Below are positions 58,075 to 64,000 of a stretch of 64,000 bases of DNA, piece after piece; position 1 is the stretch's first letter; each line of letters starts with the position of its first letter. Both the position numbers and the translations under genes were made by a program. Origin of the DNA: Eledone cirrhosa (taxonomy: Eukaryota); the NCBI GenBank assembly GCA_964016885.1, contig OZ024740.1, positions 283,402,001 to 283,466,000 on the forward strand, given 5' to 3'. Under the pieces are notes generated by a model. That model was not told where the DNA came from. It did no database searches and worked only from the letters and a program-made list of their open reading frames with translations.

Positions 58075-58400
58075 TGACGTTTAGGCGAGCGAGGCACTGC
58101 CCCACCGGAGCAGATAAAATGTATGCAGTGTGTAAATGCGTCAACAGATTAAGATGTGGTGTTGGACGGGCAAAAGTCAATCTTACAAAATGGAAATATT
58201 TAAAGGATGAGGACGTTGTGTGTGACTTCAGCATCGAACTACAGATACGCAGCACCCCATGGTATTCCCCCTGCTGGAACAGCCATGCACAGCATTGGAC
58301 TTGGCAGAGTTTAATGAGAAAGGACAGCAATGTGTGCAGCTGTGGCGGAATCACATCTAGAAAAGCTCTGTAACTGACATTCTTGTGGACACGATGAGGA
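58075..58400 (+). mobile_element. Decayed LINE ORF C-terminal fragment
   Basis: VNRLRCGVGRAKVNLTKWKY..VCD resembles the LNRLRTG.GR...KW....CDCG segment preceding the C-terminal zinc knuckle of non-LTR elements. Confidence 0.55.
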
Positions 58401-58980
58401 GACGTTGATCGAGCAGATGATTGATCATCATTGTAACCAACAGACGATCCATTATCCGAATACCAAATAGATATTGTAGAACATTTGTTCAATTGATCTC
58501 ATGCCTAAGCTAATTTTAGTTACCTCTAACTGCTGCCTTGTATCTTTACCATGTGTTATATTATCAACACAAAACCGGGTATCACATACATTGCCTGTCA
58601 TTTTATCTGTATAAAGACATCACAAACCGAAACTTAACTTATTTCATCCACTTGGCGTCTCTACTTCGATGGTATTAATATACATATAGCTTATGTATAT
58701 AATATTTAATATTCTGTGTACTGAATGACTTCACAAGGCAGTCATTAATGCACTGGGTGTTTTTGGTTTGGTTTTGTGTGTTTTACGTCGAGGTCAGCTT
58801 TCCTTTTCATCATTTTCTGGTTGATAAAATAGCACCAGCCCAGTACTGATGCAACTTGTTCTCGTTCAACTCATCACATTCTAGTTGATATACTGGATCA
58901 GGCTTAGGAGGATTGAGAGCTTGTCTTGGTATTGCCAACAACTACATGGGCACCAAGCGGAATAGTGAAATTATCGTATA

Positions 58981-59166
58981 TCTATCTATATAAGTCTGTG
59001 ATTGCTTGCTTGTCTGTAATGTATTACAGCTAAAAGGGCGCATAATGGGAAAATACTTTGAAAGGAAGTTGAACCTGAAATGGGAGTATGAATGGAATAA
59101 AACAAGTTTCGCGTAAATCGGTGCAATTGTTCCCGAGATATGGGAGTTTTCCGGGTACCTTCATAA

Positions 59167-59237
<71 letters not shown>

Positions 59238-59647
59238 GATAGTGGTTGTGAGAGAGTAGATTGAAAGAGAGACATAGAGAGAGGGAGAGGTGACAGAGAA
59301 GGAGAATGGAAGAGAGAGAGAGAGAGTTGGTGTTCTTGGGTATATATATAGATATATGTGTGTGAGTGTATGTGTATATATGTGTGTATATATGTGTGTC
59401 TACGACCAGTGTATATAGATCACAGACACCCACATATATATACACACACACACATATATATATATATGTATACACACACACACACACACACACACACATT
59501 TATATATATGCATACACACACGTATATATATATGGGCCTTTCTATGTCTGTGCATATTTTAATTATTTAAACATTATTTTTAAGTGAACATGATTTTTTT
59601 TAAATATATTGAAGGGAGCATGACCCAGTGGGTCACGGGTGGTCTAG
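58981..59647 (+). mobile_element. Non-autonomous Helitron
   Basis: 5' TCTATCTATATAA after an A, 3' hairpin TGACCC-AGT-GGGTCA then CTAG before a T, no TSD, internal microsatellites. Confidence 0.7.
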
Positions 59648-60144
59648 TATCAAGTAAAACGCGATTACGAATTTCAGCAGTAGTAGTAGGACGTCTTCTG
59701 AAATATTTACTGAAGATATACGTCCTCGTGTCATTCATATAGAAGCGGTCAGCATGTGTTAAATGAGGATTTAATAATAGCCTAATGTTCCATAAACAAC
59801 CTTAAGGCACAAGGTGTTTACTTAGTAGAAATGTTATGTATTCACTTTCTATGATTGCTAGACTAGAATGCTGGATAGTAAAAAGATAAATCTATGTTTT
59901 AGACTTGCTTGAAATTCTGTGCTGTTGTGTCCCCGGGTAAAGCAGGTTTTGCTGTTAATTTGTTTTGTTTTGTGCTTGTTTTTGCTTTGTTTCGTTTTGT
60001 TTTTATTTGCAGCTTACCCATTTGAATATCATTGCAATATCGTTTGTGGAATGTTTTCTACGTGTCTTTAATAGACATTTTGCGAAGATTTCATAAGGAA
60101 AGACCCTTTCCCATCCAGAAACTTGTATGTATGTGTGTGTGTAT

Positions 60145-60178
<34 letters not shown>

Positions 60179-60267
60179 ATGTAAGTACCTCTTTCCACTC
60201 TCTTCGTCATATGTGTACATATGCATAGACACGCACGCACACACACACACACACACACAAACATATA

Positions 60268-60306
<39 letters not shown>

Positions 60307-60320
60307 GTGTGTGTATATAT

Positions 60321-60441
<121 letters not shown>

Positions 60442-61109
60442 AAGTGGGAGGTTAACGTGACATTAACGTTAACTCAAAGCTACATCGAATTGAGTCTAAC
60501 ATAAATGCAGACACATGCCTTAATACAACAACAACATAAAGTATAAATTCAAAACAAGAACAATGCCAAGAACTTAATAAACTAATAAATGCCATCAGGA
60601 ATCTGACAACTTGCCGGGCATGATGATAAGTCCAAATAATTAAGAAGATGACGTAATTTCAGAATTATTTCTGGAAATATCAGGAATGAAGCACGTATGT
60701 TTGGGTTGTTTCTAAAGTAAATACTCACTATTACGTTAAAATCTATGTTGTATCACGGAGGAGGTTTTTTACTCAATTTAGGTATGACTGATATTCAACT
60801 AATTTTGTTTAACTAAAACAAACTAAGTATTTGTTTAGTCTCACTTAATAAATGATATCTCATCAACTAGCATGATTAATGATCCATTAACCACATTTTA
60901 TCTCTCTATGTATCTAACCACGTACCTATCTACACCTATTTATTTATTCAGTTATCTATGGATCCATCGATCTATATCATTCATTTAAATTTATTTATAT
61001 ATAGCCCACTCACTGTGCAACTCTCACTTTCACTCCAAAGTTCTAATTCTCTGTGTGTGTGTATATATATACAGAGAGAGGGGGAGAGCGGGGAAGAATG
61101 TGGGATAGG

Positions 61110-61158
<49 letters not shown>

Positions 61159-61161
<3 letters not shown>

Positions 61162-61269
61162 TAAAATACCGGAACTGCTTGGCGCCTCGGTTGAGATTTT
61201 ACATATAACTATACAAACTTTGCATCTTTCCATGATCAGTGATTTCCACGGCCTCAGCACCGTGGATTT

Positions 61270-61270
<1 letters not shown>
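61159..61270 (-). mobile_element. (GA)/(TC)-embedded element with HHR 3' half
   Basis: Minus strand: cacgg-tgctgagg-ccgtg GAAA tca-c-tga TC atgg; truncated just upstream of stem II. Confidence 0.55.
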
Positions 61271-61320
<50 letters not shown>

Positions 61321-62475
61321 GTATATATATATATGTGTGTGGGGGGGGGGGGGTCTGTGTTTGTGTGTGCTGTGTGTGTGTCCGGTTAATTCTACCGAGT
61401 TTGGGAAGATGGTTGGTCCGCATTTGGTTTGCCGAATTTGGAGGGGTATTACGATTTGGTTTAACGGGAGTCATGAGTTCTTGTTGGCAACCATTATTCA
61501 ACAGCTATGACCTCATCAGACAGATGGAGAGAAAAAACAGAAAAAACATGGTAATGGAATAAAGTTTACCTCCGTTATTTTGATCTTTTGAAATGTCCTG
61601 TCCCGAAGTATGCTGTTATTTCCTCAAAGCAAGCGTTTGTTTTGAAGACAACTAGTGAAGTTTGAAATTTGGTAGAAATAGAAGCTTTCGCCGTACTTAT
61701 CACAAAAAAAAATTTGTCTGATAGTGAGATTTAAAAACTCCTCTAAAATCGAAAAAGGATGAGTATTGACGTACATGGGAGTCGAACCAAGATTTTTGGT
61801 TTTCCAAACCAGTGTCCTATACACCAATACATCTCCCATCCATTTCCATTCAAATTTGAAGCTATATACTTAGCAAGAATAATGACAAAGCTAGCTGTGG
61901 CTACCAGTTCAGGGTGACGTAGTAAACCCATTAGGGTATGTAACACTGGGTGTAATTTTGTAATTTAATAACTGAATCCAATTTATGTCCATTTGCGTTC
62001 GAACGCATTTAAAACTTCAATTCTTCCGTATATTTCTTAAGTCAACTGCTTTCTTTCTATAAGTATATGTTGGCAGCAGTCGAGGGGACGTGCAGGTGTG
62101 TTCATGTGTGCGTATATTTGAAGCTTAAGATATAGTTTCTTTCATAAATATTCAATTTTAGTCTCATTGTAAAAGCAAACGAAATAGCTACATCACAGGA
62201 TTTCTCTCTACGGGAACAGAAAATATGGTTTCATCATAAGAGAAAGAATATCTATTTTCTACTTTGTATACATTGTAAGTAGCCATAAACTACTAATCTA
62301 ACCTCCGACAGAAACCAGTTAAATAGTTTCTTTTCTTTTTTATTTTTGCCAACGGTGCTGCAACCACTTCTTTCTTTCATGTCGTGAATATATTGCATGG
62401 TTATGAAAAAAATAAGGCATAAGTTCTATTTTAAATCATCCCAAAACGTTGTATAATTTCCTTTGGAAAAACAAA

Positions 62476-62585
<110 letters not shown>

Positions 62586-62601
62586 ATATATTATATATAT
62601 A

Positions 62602-62653
<52 letters not shown>

Positions 62654-62979
62654 GGGGGGGTGTTCTATGGTTCATCTCTCCGTTTTATTTAGACATTTGC
62701 TCAGTGGTTTGCTGTGTTCTTCAGGAAGACTGGTTACTGGAATTCATTTCAGAATCCTTTTATATTATAAATGATATTCTAGTCAGCATATGTATATAAT
62801 GTATGTTCGAGATTGATGTATTTCTTTTGTGGTTAAGAACATATTCATAAAGGGTTTCATATAGGAAAATGTAAGAGAGAGAAACAGATTTCCAGAGAGT
62901 AAGATAGATAGATAGATAGAGATAGATAGATAGATAGATAGACAAATAGATAGATACATAGACAGAGAGACAGACAGAC

Positions 62980-63068
<89 letters not shown>

Positions 63069-63946
63069 TTATTGGAGAACGTAATTCAAGTGATTGCACA
63101 CTTCTAAATACCTGTAAAAGGCGTTGATTGAAGAGATTACGGTGGAAGGTAAATAAGGATATAATTTGATCAACTGGAAAATATTATATTGACACACTAA
63201 ACGACAGGAAGTACAGAGAGTGTGTTGCAATGCCTGGGGGAAAAGGAGGTGGAGGAAGAGTGGGATAATATAGAGGGTAGTTAAACGAATGATAATGGAT
63301 ATCAGTTATTGAGCAAATTGGTGGCTAAAGAACTGGCTTTAGGGTATTAGTGATTACGTAATGGTTGTTGGTGTCCTTGTCTTTGTTGTAGACTAGAACG
63401 ATGTTGGTTTTTATTACCATTGTTGCTGTTCTTCTTGCTGCTTTTATCCTACTTGTTGTTGTTGTTGTTGTTGTTATGTGTTTCGTGACGTGTTTCGTGA
63501 CGTGTTAATATTGTTATAGTTGTTGGTTTTGTACAAACCGCAGCCATACTTGTTTGAACCAGCCATTTGCTCAAACACGCCTATGAATCGGTGCTGTATC
63601 TAACTACCATGACCATCCCAATTATGTTGTGGTTCATAAGCTTCACACAATTTTAGGATAGGAAACACATGATCTCTATCTCAAAGATGATGTAGGGTTG
63701 GCGGGAGGGATATTTCTTTGTTCTATTCAAACTTCAGATGTGCTCGCTTTCCAACCTTTTCCCGTTGGGTCGAGCTGAGTACGTGACATTCCATCGACAC
63801 ATGCATACATACATATATACATACATACATGCATGCATACATACATACATACATACATACATACATACATACATACATACATACATACATACATACATGA
63901 TGGCTGCCCCCTCGTTCACGAATATGGACATTGCACGATGTAACAT

Positions 63947-64000
63947 TAGTGGATTGGCAGTATCGGTAGAGGGTCGGACGCCATGCTTTGCAGCAAAGAG
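63947..64000 (+). mobile_element. tRNA-derived SINE head (runs off the window)
   Basis: GTGGATTGGCAGTATCGGTAGAGGGTCGGACGCCATGCTTTGCAGC. Confidence 0.9.

Noticed and set aside
61455-61530. Minus-strand CTGATGA near a microsatellite
   Set aside because: No GAAA/UH in register and no stem I pairing

Overview
AT-rich, microsatellite-saturated eukaryotic non-coding DNA. The repeat content suggests a cephalopod (Octopus-like) genome, which is an inference. No intact host protein-coding gene is supportable; nearly all listed ORFs are translated (TA)n/(CA)n/(GA)n/triplet repeats. Conventional content: about 20 copies of one tRNA-derived SINE, V-SINE-like and CORE-SINE-like pieces, decayed LINE fragments (RTE-like, CR1-like), a hAT-type MITE and a non-autonomous Helitron. 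The main result is that about 20 short (100-450 bp) unique-sequence islands embedded in (TA)n and related tracts fall into about 10 mutually dissimilar families. Most carry a type I hammerhead ribozyme (HHR) motif, complete or as its 3' half: stem I - CUGANGA - stem II - GAAA - short, often palindromic stem III - UH - stem I'. Most copies also share an asymmetric fold-back. One arm runs to the true 3' end, and the inverted arm stops at a family-specific internal TA motif. This looks like a diverse system of microsatellite-targeting, ribozyme-bearing non-autonomous retroelements (Penelope-like pLTR/retrozyme type). It includes a U3-A8 core variant and a head-to-tail junction suggesting a circular or tandem RNA template. 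All alignments and folds were done by eye, and outer boundaries are approximate.
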